From Candidatus Geohabitans tengchongensis (GTDB lineage Bacteria > Sysuimicrobiota > Sysuimicrobiia > Sysuimicrobiales > Humicultoraceae), in assembly GCA_031459625.1 (NCBI GenBank), contig JAVKIH010000028.1, forward strand, positions 15,519-31,964: a stretch of 16,446 nt of DNA. The letters are read 5' to 3'. Shown one piece after another: positions 1-7,745 of this stretch (its first letter is position 1; each line of letters begins with the position of its first letter). Under the pieces are notes generated by a model. The model was not told the DNA's origin. It searched no databases and saw only the letters and a list, made by a program, of their open reading frames with translations. Made by a program: the position numbers and the translations under genes.

Positions 1-46
1 AGGCGTCGTCGCGCTCCAGCCAGGGGAGCAGGATGCGCTCGCCCAC
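1..46 (-). CDS. nuoF: probable 5' end of NADH-quinone oxidoreductase subunit F (partial, runs off window)
   Basis: GTG at 46-44, 1 nt after the nuoE stop, reads MGERILLPWLERDDA. Assigned mainly from the conserved nuoE-nuoF gene order. Confidence 0.55.
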   Translation of the reverse strand, partial: MGERILLPWLERDDA

Positions 47-47
47 C

Positions 48-620
48 TCAGCCGCCCCCCTGGGCCGCGCCCCCGCCCGGCTCCGCGGCGCGGCTCGCCG
101 ATCCGGGGCGGCCCGCCGGCTCGGCAGGGCGACCCGCCGGCCCCGCGCCGGCGCGGTAGCGGGCCAGCACCTCGTCCACCAGCTCCGGGGTGAGCGGCCC
201 GTAGCGCTCCTCGTCGACCATCATCATCGGCGCGTGGTCGCACCAGGCCAGGCACTCCCACGTGCGGAAGGTGAAGAACCCGTCCGGCGTGGTCTCGCCC
301 GGGCGGACGCCCAGCCGCGCCTCCAGGTGGGCGCGCAGGCGGTCGGCGCCGTTGAGCAGGCAGGCCAGGTTCGTGCAGAGCAGGAGCTGGTGGCGCCCCG
401 GCGGGCGCAGGAAGTAGAGGCGGTAGAAGGACGCCACCGCCGCCACCTCGCTGAGCGGCACCTCCAGGGCCTCCGCCACCGCCTCCAGGACGTCAGGCGG
501 CAGCCACCCCGCCTCACGCTGCGCCACGAAGAGGGCCGGCAGCAGCGCGGACTGGCGCTGCTCGTACCGCGCCCCCAGCGCGCGGATCTCGCTCCGCGCG
601 GCCTCGCTCAGCCCCGGCAT
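48..620 (-). CDS. nuoE: NADH-quinone oxidoreductase subunit E (2Fe-2S)
   Basis: VASFY motif, four ligating Cys (CTNLAC ... CLAWC), ETTPDGFFT; low-complexity Ala/Gly/Pro tail; follows nuoD. Confidence 0.95.
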   Translation of the reverse strand: MPGLSEAARSEIRALGARYEQRQSALLPALFVAQREAGWLPPDVLEAVAEALEVPLSEVAAVASFYRLYFLRPPGRHQLLLCTNLACLLNGADRLRAHLEARLGVRPGETTPDGFFTFRTWECLAWCDHAPMMMVDEERYGPLTPELVDEVLARYRAGAGPAGRPAEPAGRPGSASRAAEPGGGAAQGGG

Positions 621-695
621 CAGCGTGCGACCCCGTCCCCGCCGCGGCCGCCGCGCCGCACCCGTGGAGGCCTCTGCACCACGCCCGGGCCGGGG

Positions 696-1871
696 TCAGC
701 GGTCCACATCGCCGAGCACGATGTCGATGCTGGCGATGGCCACGACGACATCGGCGAAGGTGCCGCGGAAGACCATCACCGGCAGGGCCTGGAGGTTGCA
801 GAAGGAGGGGGCGCGGATGCGCACCCGCATGGGGCGGTTGCTCCCGTCGCTGACCAGGTAGTAGCCCTTCTCGCCGCGCGGGGACTCCACGGCATGGTAG
901 ACCTCGCCCACGGGCGGGTGAAACCCCTCGCTGACGAGCTTGAACTGGTGGATCACCGCCTCCATACTGCGCACCAGCTCCCGCCGCGGTGGGAGCACCA
1001 CCTTGCGGTCGTCGACGGCGACCGGCCCGTCGGGCAACCGGTCCAGCGCCTGCAGGATGATGCGCCGGCTCTGGCGCATCTCCTCCATCCGCACCGTGTA
1101 GCGGTCGAAGGCGTCCCCGTGGCGGCCCAGGGGGACGTCGAAGGCGAACTGCTCGTAGCCGGAGTACGGGAAGGCCTTGCGCACGTCGTAGTTCACGCCC
1201 GAGCCGCGCAGGACGGGGCCGGTGCAGCCGTAGGCCACCGCCTCCGCGGCCGGCAGGACGGCCACCCCTTCGGTGCGCTCGCGCCAGATCAGGTTGTCGG
1301 TGAGGAGCCGCTCGTACTCGTCGAGCCGCCGGGGCAGGTCCTCCATGAGCTGGCGCACGGCGGCCTCGAACCCCTCGGGCAGGTCCCACTGCAGCCCGCC
1401 CACGCGCATGTAGCCGTGCATCATCCGCTGCCCGGAGATCTGCTCGAAGAGGTCGAGGATGCGCTCCCGGTCGACGAAGGCGTACATGAAGGCGCTGCTG
1501 ATGTTCAGGTCGATGGCGCTGGTGCCGAGCCAGACCAGGTGGCTGGCGATGCGGCTCAGCTCCATGAGGATGACACGGATGACCTGGCAGCGCGGCGGCG
1601 GGGTGATCCCCAGCAGCTTCTCCACCGCCTGGACGTAGGCCGCCTCCTCGATCATCGTGGCCAGGTACTCGACCCGCGGCGGGAAGACGATGTTCTGGTG
1701 GTAGGTGCGGGTCTCCATCTCCTTCTCGAAGCCGGTGTGCAGGTAGCCGATGACCGGGCGCGCCCCCAGGATGACCTCGCCCTCCAGGTCCAGCACTACG
1801 CGCAGCACGCCGTGGGTGGCCGGGTGCTGCGGCCCCATGTTGATGGTGAGAGTCTCGCGCGTGACGGCCAT
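696..1871 (-). CDS. nuoD: NADH-quinone oxidoreductase subunit D
   Basis: NMGPQHPATHGVLR, IGYLHTGFEK, ESPRGE, C-terminal SIDIVLGDVDR. Confidence 0.97.
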   Translation of the reverse strand: MAVTRETLTINMGPQHPATHGVLRVVLDLEGEVILGARPVIGYLHTGFEKEMETRTYHQNIVFPPRVEYLATMIEEAAYVQAVEKLLGITPPPRCQVIRVILMELSRIASHLVWLGTSAIDLNISSAFMYAFVDRERILDLFEQISGQRMMHGYMRVGGLQWDLPEGFEAAVRQLMEDLPRRLDEYERLLTDNLIWRERTEGVAVLPAAEAVAYGCTGPVLRGSGVNYDVRKAFPYSGYEQFAFDVPLGRHGDAFDRYTVRMEEMRQSRRIILQALDRLPDGPVAVDDRKVVLPPRRELVRSMEAVIHQFKLVSEGFHPPVGEVYHAVESPRGEKGYYLVSDGSNRPMRVRIRAPSFCNLQALPVMVFRGTFADVVVAIASIDIVLGDVDR

Positions 1872-1874
1872 GGC

Positions 1875-2500
1875 TCAGGTGGGCCGGGTGCGCGGGGGGA
1901 CCCTGGGGATGATCTCGCTGGGGACCTTGGGGACGTGCCCGACGAACTCCACCGGCTCCTCCACCAGCGGGGCATCACGGCGCAGCGGGTGCCCCTCCCA
2001 GTCGTCGGGGAGGAGGATGCGCCGCAGGTCGGGGTGCCCCTCGAAGACGATACCGAAGAGGTCGTAGACCTCGCGCTCCAGCCAGTTGGCGGCCGGCCAC
2101 AGGCCGACGGCGCTCGGCACCCGCGGATCGCTCCCCGGCAGCCGCGTCTTCACCCGCAACCGGACGGCCGGGGCGGACGGGGCGCCGGGGCGCGGGTCGA
2201 CGGCGGTGAGGAGGTAGACGACCTCGAAGCGCGGCTCCCGGGGGCAGCAGTCGACGGCGGTCAGGTCGGTGAGCATGGGGAAGCGCGGCCGGGCGCCGTC
2301 GCGCAGGTAGCGCAGCACGTCCAGCACGCGCTCCCGGGCCACGAGCAGCGTGGTCTCGCCGCGGAACTCCACGACCTCCTGCACCGCCCCGGAGAGCCAG
2401 GCTCCGCCCACGGCGTCGGCGATGCGGGCCAGCGCCGGCGGGAGCTCGTCAGGCTGCGCGTCGGGCCGCTCGTCGAGGCGCTCCTCGGGCCGGCGGTCGC

Positions 2501-2504
<4 letters not shown>
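1875..2504 (-). CDS. nuoC: NADH-quinone oxidoreductase subunit C
   Basis: [40 protein letters not shown] signature. Start trimmed to GTG 2504, which overlaps the nuoB stop (GTGA). Confidence 0.93.
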
Positions 2505-3012
<508 letters not shown>

Positions 3013-3022
<10 letters not shown>

Positions 3023-3378
3023 TCCAGCCCTCCCCGCCCCCATTCGTAGAGGAAGCCCACCGCCAGCAGGAGGAGGAAGACCGCCATCCCCCACAGCGCC
3101 GGCGCGCCCAGCGTGCGGAACGTCACCGCCCACGGGTAGAGGAAGAGGATCTCCAGGTCGAAGAGCAGGAAGAGCATGGCGATGAGGTAGTAGCGGATGG
3201 GCACCGGCTCGCGGGCGGTGCCGATGGGCCACACCCCGGACTCGTAGGGCTCGAGCTTGGCGGCGAGCGGCCGCCGCCGGCCGAGCAGCGCGTGCAGGCC
3301 CAGCAGCGCCGCCGTCAACAGCGCGACCAGCCCCACGTGTACGACGATCGGGAGGTAGCTCGCCACCGGCGCCGTCAT
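3013..3378 (-). CDS. nuoA: NADH-quinone oxidoreductase subunit A
   Basis: MTAPVASY...KLEPYESG...[14 protein letters not shown]...[11 protein letters not shown]; three hydrophobic helices; 3' part of ORF 3013..4782. Confidence 0.95.
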
Positions 3379-3528
3379 CGTGTTGGCCGCGGTCCTCTCG
3401 TGCGCCCCTGTAGGCAGAACACCTGCACCCAGTGAACGCCGCCCGGGCCGCTGGCCGGGCGGCGCGTCTGCGCTCCCGCCACGCCGTCCCCACGCGCGTG
3501 CGGAACGGCGGTAGGCGAGCACACACGC

Positions 3529-3557
3529 ATGATTACAGAGGGGGTAGGGGGTGTCAA
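3529..3557 (-). promoter_or_regulatory. putative sigma70-type promoter of the nuo operon
   Basis: Minus strand: perfect TTGACA (3557-3552), 17-nt spacer ending TGt, then AATCAT (3534-3529); ~150 nt upstream of nuoA. Confidence 0.55.
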
Positions 3558-3599
3558 GGCGAGGCGCGCACGGCGCGCGGCGCGCCGCGCGTGGCGGGC

Positions 3600-4748
3600 C
3601 TACGCCACGAAGGCGGCGCGGACGGTGGCCAGGACGACGGGCATGACCTCCAGGACCCGATCCACCTCCGCCTCGGTGGTCCACCGGCCCAGCGAGAAGC
3701 GCAGCGTCCCCGCCGCCTCCTCCGGGGGGAGGCCGATGGCCCTGAGCACGTGGGAAGGCTCCAGGCTCCCCGCCGTGCAGGCGGAGCCGCTGCTGGCGGC
3801 GATCCCCTGCAGGTCGAGGGCCAGCAGCAGGGACTCGCTGTCCGCCCCGCGGAAGGAGACGTTCACGTTCCCCGGCAGCCGCTCGGTGGGGTGGCCGTTC
3901 AGGCGGGCCCCGTCCAGGGCGAGCAGCCCGGCGACGAGGCGGTCCCGCAGCCGGCGCAGGCGCGCCACCTCCGCCTCCCGTTCCGCCAGGGCGATCCGCA
4001 CCGCCTCGCCGAAGCCCACAATGGCGGGGACGTTCAGCGTGCCGGCGCGCCGGTTGCGCTCCTGGCTGCCGCCGTGGAGGAAGCGCTCCAGCGGGGTACC
4101 GCGGCGGATGTACAGCGCCCCGACGCCCTTGGGCCCGTAGCGCTTGTGCGCGGAGAGGGCCAGCAGGTCCACCCCGAGGGCATCCACGTCGGTCGGCAGC
4201 AGGCCGAAGGTCTGGGCGGCGTCGCAGTGGAAGCAGACGCCGCGCTCCCGGGTGAGCCGGCCGATCTCCGCCACCGGCTGGATCGTCCCGATCTCGTTGT
4301 TGGCGTGCATCACCGAGACCAGGATGGTGTCGGGCCGCAGCGCCCGCCGCACCGCGTCGGGGTCGACCCGCCCCGCCCCGTCCACCGGCAGGACGGTCAC
4401 CTCGAACCCGCGCGCCGCCAGCACGTGCGCCGGCTCCAGGACGGCGTGGTGCTCCACGGCGCTCACCACCACGTGGCGGCCGCGCTCCCGCCGCGCCTCG
4501 GCCGCCCCGAAGAGGGCGAAGTTGTCCGCCTCGGTGGCGCCGCTGGTGAAGACGACCTCGTCGGGGGCGGCCCCCAGTGCGGCGGCGATCTGCGCGCGGG
4601 CGCGCTCCACCGCCTCCCGCGCCTCCTGCCCGAAGCTGTGGACGCTGGAGGCGTTGCCGAAGCGCTCGGTCAGGTAGGGCGCCATGGCCGCGGCCACGCG
4701 CGGGTCGACCGGCGTGGTGGCGGCGTAGTCGAGGTAGATGGGCGTCAC
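3600..4748 (-). CDS. iscS: cysteine desulfurase (IscS/NifS class I)
   Basis: [36 protein letters not shown] (PLP Lys), SSGSAC (catalytic Cys). Start GTG 4748 overlaps the upstream stop (GTGA). Confidence 0.93.
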   Translation of the reverse strand: MTPIYLDYAATTPVDPRVAAAMAPYLTERFGNASSVHSFGQEAREAVERARAQIAAALGAAPDEVVFTSGATEADNFALFGAAEARRERGRHVVVSAVEHHAVLEPAHVLAARGFEVTVLPVDGAGRVDPDAVRRALRPDTILVSVMHANNEIGTIQPVAEIGRLTRERGVCFHCDAAQTFGLLPTDVDALGVDLLALSAHKRYGPKGVGALYIRRGTPLERFLHGGSQERNRRAGTLNVPAIVGFGEAVRIALAEREAEVARLRRLRDRLVAGLLALDGARLNGHPTERLPGNVNVSFRGADSESLLLALDLQGIAASSGSACTAGSLEPSHVLRAIGLPPEEAAGTLRFSLGRWTTEAEVDRVLEVMPVVLATVRAAFVA

Positions 4749-5068
4749 GGCGTGCGCACGATGACCGGCAGGGCCAGCACACCCACCCGCCGCAGGCGGG
4801 GCTGGGAGAGCGGCAGGAGCAGGCCCAGCGGCCGCGGGCGGCGCCGTACCTGGCGCCGGACGTCGACCAGGGGCAGGCCCCGCCGCACCAGGGGCTTTGC
4901 CCGCCGCAGCGTCTCGATGTCCTCCCAGGAGAAGAGCCGCCACCCGCGCCGGTCCCGGGCCGGCGTCACGATCCCGGCACGCTCCCACCGGCGCAGGGCG
5001 GACGGGGAGACGCCCACGAGACTGCTGGTCACGCTGATGGGGAACAGGGGTCGACGCAGGTCACGCAT
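4745..5068 (-). CDS. MerR-family (HspR/GlnR-like) HTH transcriptional regulator
   Basis: [41 protein letters not shown] matches the MerR HTH pattern. ATG 5068 has GAGGGTG upstream; GTG 5077 is an alternative start. Confidence 0.8.
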   Translation of the reverse strand: MRDLRRPLFPISVTSSLVGVSPSALRRWERAGIVTPARDRRGWRLFSWEDIETLRRAKPLVRRGLPLVDVRRQVRRRPRPLGLLLPLSQPRLRRVGVLALPVIVRTP

Positions 5069-5203
5069 GGGACTCACCCTCGATTCTAGGGCCCGCCCCC
5101 GCCGCTGGCCATCCGCCGCACGGGAGGGGCGAGGTTGCCGGGGTCCCGGCCCCGGGACGCTGGCGGAGCCGCTCGATGGGCGAACGCGTGTTTGCCTCCC
5201 GTG

Positions 5204-5278
5204 GTTGGGCGTCCGCCAGCCGGGCGCTCATCGGCCGGGCGCCCACCTGCCGGGCGCTCATCGGTAGTGCGCTCATCG
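5204..5278. repeat. degenerate 15-bp tandem repeat, 5 units
   Basis: gttgggcgtccgcca / gccgggcgctcatcg / gccgggcgcccacct / gccgggcgctcatcg / gtagtgcgctcatcg. Confidence 0.75.
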
Positions 5279-5848
5279 ACCGGTCGGCGCGTCCAGCAGA
5301 TCGACCAGCGCCTTGATGATCCGGGCCGTGGCCCCCCACACCGTGTGGGCGCCGCTGTCGTAGAAGTAGAGGTCCACCCGGATCCCGTCTTGCTCCCGAT
5401 GCTCCACCCGCAACCTGGCCGGGTCGAGGAAGTCCGCCAGAGGCGCCAGGACCAACTCGTCGATCTCATCGGCATTGAGGCGCAGCGGGTATGGATGGGG
5501 GACGATCCCCACGAAGGGCGTGACCAGGAAGCGGGAGACGCTCACCTCGACCTCCCCGAGCGTCCCCAGGACCTGTACCTGCGAGGGGGGAATGCCCACC
5601 TCCTCGTACGTCTCCCGCAGGGCGGTCTCGAGCAGGGTCTCCCCCGGCTCGGCCGCGCCTCCCGGAAAGCTGATCTGCCCCTTGTGGTGCTCCACTCGGT
5701 CAGTGCGCCGGGTGAGCAGGAGGAAGGTTTCGTCGCCCACCTGGTAGAGCGGCACCAGCACCGCGGCCCGCCGCCAGCCGGGCGGCGGGGGGTCCTCTGG
5801 TGCGGCCACTTCCAGGCGGCTCCGCAGGGTCTCCAGGACCGAGGCCAT
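5273..5848 (-). CDS. Nudix hydrolase, CoA pyrophosphatase (NudL/PCD1) family
   Basis: AAVLVP, LLTRR...HKGQISFPGG, Nudix box GAAEPGETLLETALRETYEEVG, VWGATA. Confidence 0.92.
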   Translation of the reverse strand: MASVLETLRSRLEVAAPEDPPPPGWRRAAVLVPLYQVGDETFLLLTRRTDRVEHHKGQISFPGGAAEPGETLLETALRETYEEVGIPPSQVQVLGTLGEVEVSVSRFLVTPFVGIVPHPYPLRLNADEIDELVLAPLADFLDPARLRVEHREQDGIRVDLYFYDSGAHTVWGATARIIKALVDLLDAPTGR

Positions 5849-5935
5849 CTCCAGGCCACTAAGTAACGCCCCCGGGCGGGCCTGTCCAGGGCCGGGCGCC
5901 CCCGAACGCCTTCCAGGAAGTCCGGGTGAGGTCTA

Positions 5936-5983
5936 TCTCAAGATCTTGGGGAACGAGGAGGAATTTGCCCCAACATGTAGAAG
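5936..5983. promoter_or_regulatory. tandem NrdR-box-like palindromes
   Basis: tctCAAgATcTTGggg (5936-5951) and cccCAAcATgTAGaag (5968-5983). Both match the NrdR core CwA-n-AT-n-TwG; 16-bp spacer, 32-bp period. Confidence 0.65.
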
Positions 5984-5990
5984 GTGAGAC

Positions 5991-6103
5991 CGAACCTCAG
6001 GGGAGGTCACCGCCAGAGCCGAACCCGACGATCCACCTCACTCGCCCTAACGGACACCGCGTCACAACCTTCCACCATCCCCTGACCTCTCCCCTGAGGC
6101 TCG
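5991..6103. ncRNA. unassigned structured RNA candidate (long closing stem with internal hairpins)
   Basis: 5991-6009 pairs with 6083-6103 (18 Watson-Crick pairs, one mismatch, 2-nt bulge). Internal hairpins 6011-6030 and 6044-6055 form fully only with G-U pairs on the minus strand. Confidence 0.4.
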
Positions 6104-6194
6104 TTGCTCCGCCGGCCTCCCCGGGGCGCCCGGGGGGGTCGGCGAGTATTCGAGGAGGCCTTCCGCCCGGGCCTGGCCGGGTGGAGAAAGAGAA

Positions 6195-7124
6195 TTGCCT
6201 GCCATGATCTACCGGCCCTACGCGGAGCGCACCCCCGACACCCAGTACCGGGACCTGCTCACCAGGATCCTCGACGAAGGGGAGGAGGTGCCCACGGCCC
6301 ATGGGGCCCCCGCCCGCAGGGTGATCGGGCACCTGCTCCGCTTCCCCCTGGAGAACGGCTTCCCGGTGATCACCGAGCGGGACCTGGTCAGCGCGCCGCC
6401 GGGGAACGGACGGCCCTCGCCCTTCTACCAGGCCCTGGGCGAGCTCTGCGCCTTTCTCAACGGCGCGCAGACCCGGGAGGAGCTGGAGCGGTTCGGGTGT
6501 TACTGGTGGGCGAGCTGGGTGACCCCGGAGCGGTGCGAGGCGCTGGGGTTGCCTCCGGGCGACCTGGGCCCCGCCTCGTACGGCGCCGCCTTCCGCCGCT
6601 TCCCCACCGCCGAAGGGGAGCCGTTCGACCAGCTCGCCCACCTGGTGGCGCAGATCCGCGCCCATCCGGAGCTCCGCCACCACGAGGTCTCGCCCTGGAT
6701 CCCTCAGTACCTCACCCGGGCCTTCGGCCGCCGGCCGCGCGCGGTCGTCCCTCCCTGCCACGGGTGGTTCCACGTCCACCTCAACCCCACCACCCGCGAG
6801 CTCACCCTCAGCCACCGCCAGCGCAGCGCCGACGCCCCGGTGGGCTTGGTCTTCAACCTGATCCACTACGCCGCGCTCACCCTCATGCTGGCCCAGGTGA
6901 CGGGGTTCCGCCCCCGGGCCCTCGTCTACTACCTCGACGACGTGCACATCTACGCCACCCAGCTCGCCCACGTGGAGCGTCTCCTGGCCGCGCCGCCGGG
7001 CCGCTTCCCCACCGTGGAGCTCGACCCGACCGTGGAGGACCTCTTTGCCTTCCGGCCGCACCACTTCACCGTGCGCGACTACGTCCCGGCGCTGCCGCGC
7101 ATGCGCATCCCCACGCCGCTGTGA
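6195..7124 (+). CDS. thyA: thymidylate synthase (divergent ThyA)
   Basis: QYRDLL..IL, GFPVIT, DLGP..YG, PPCH (catalytic Cys), QRSAD, FN, DVHIY. TTG 6195 has GGAG 8 nt upstream; ATG 6204 is an alternative start. Confidence 0.9.
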   Translation: MPAMIYRPYAERTPDTQYRDLLTRILDEGEEVPTAHGAPARRVIGHLLRFPLENGFPVITERDLVSAPPGNGRPSPFYQALGELCAFLNGAQTREELERFGCYWWASWVTPERCEALGLPPGDLGPASYGAAFRRFPTAEGEPFDQLAHLVAQIRAHPELRHHEVSPWIPQYLTRAFGRRPRAVVPPCHGWFHVHLNPTTRELTLSHRQRSADAPVGLVFNLIHYAALTLMLAQVTGFRPRALVYYLDDVHIYATQLAHVERLLAAPPGRFPTVELDPTVEDLFAFRPHHFTVRDYVPALPRMRIPTPL

Positions 7125-7190
7125 GGGGCGGTCTGCCCGGACCGGCTCCCCGATGAACGCGGGGGCCGGGACGCCGGGCTCGACAGGATC

Positions 7191-7745
7191 ATGCGCATCG
7201 CCATCGTCGCGGCCGTCGCCGACAACGGGGTGATCGGGCGAGGTGGCGACCTCCCCTGGCGCCTGCGCACCGACCTGCGCCGCCTGCGGGCGCTGACGGT
7301 GGGCCACACGGTCATCCTGGGGCGCAAGACCCACGAAGCCATCCTGCGCCGCCTGGGCCGTCCGCTCCCCGAGCGGCGCACCATCGTCCTGACCCGCCGC
7401 GCCGACTATCCGGCCGAGGGCGTGGAAGTGGTCCACTCCTGGGAGGAGGCACTGGCCCGGGCCGCGGGGGCGGGTGAGGTCTTCGTCTTCGGGGGGGCGG
7501 AAGTCTACGCCGTGGCCCTGCCCCACGCGCACCGCCTCTACCTGACCCGGGTCCACGCCGCTCCGGCGGGGGACGCCACCTTCCCGGCCTGGGATCCCGG
7601 AGCGTGGCGGGTGGTCTGGGCCGAGCACCACCCCCGCGACGCCGAGAACGAGCACGACGCCACTTACCTGGTGCTGGAACGGGCCCTCGGGCCGGCGCCA
7701 CCGGAGAGTGCCCCGGGAGCGGTGGGAGGCAGCGGCCGTCAGTAG
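7191..7745 (+). CDS. folA: dihydrofolate reductase
   Basis: IVAAVADNGVIG...LPW...D, GRKT, RPLPERRTIVLTR, FGGAEVY, LYLTRV, GDATFP; directly follows thyA. Confidence 0.93.
   Translation: MRIAIVAAVADNGVIGRGGDLPWRLRTDLRRLRALTVGHTVILGRKTHEAILRRLGRPLPERRTIVLTRRADYPAEGVEVVHSWEEALARAAGAGEVFVFGGAEVYAVALPHAHRLYLTRVHAAPAGDATFPAWDPGAWRVVWAEHHPRDAENEHDATYLVLERALGPAPPESAPGAVGGSGRQ

Noticed and set aside
5922..5942. TCTCAAG as half of an HspR HAIR operator
   Set aside because: The partner half-site (CTTGAGT) 7 nt away is absent; the NrdR-like reading fits better.
6018..6045. GCCGAACCCGAC resembles the 3' part of the c-di-AMP (ydaO) riboswitch
   Set aside because: The following AGCU(A/C)ACC..GUAGGCG and the 5' GAAUCC/GGAACC elements are missing or out of order.
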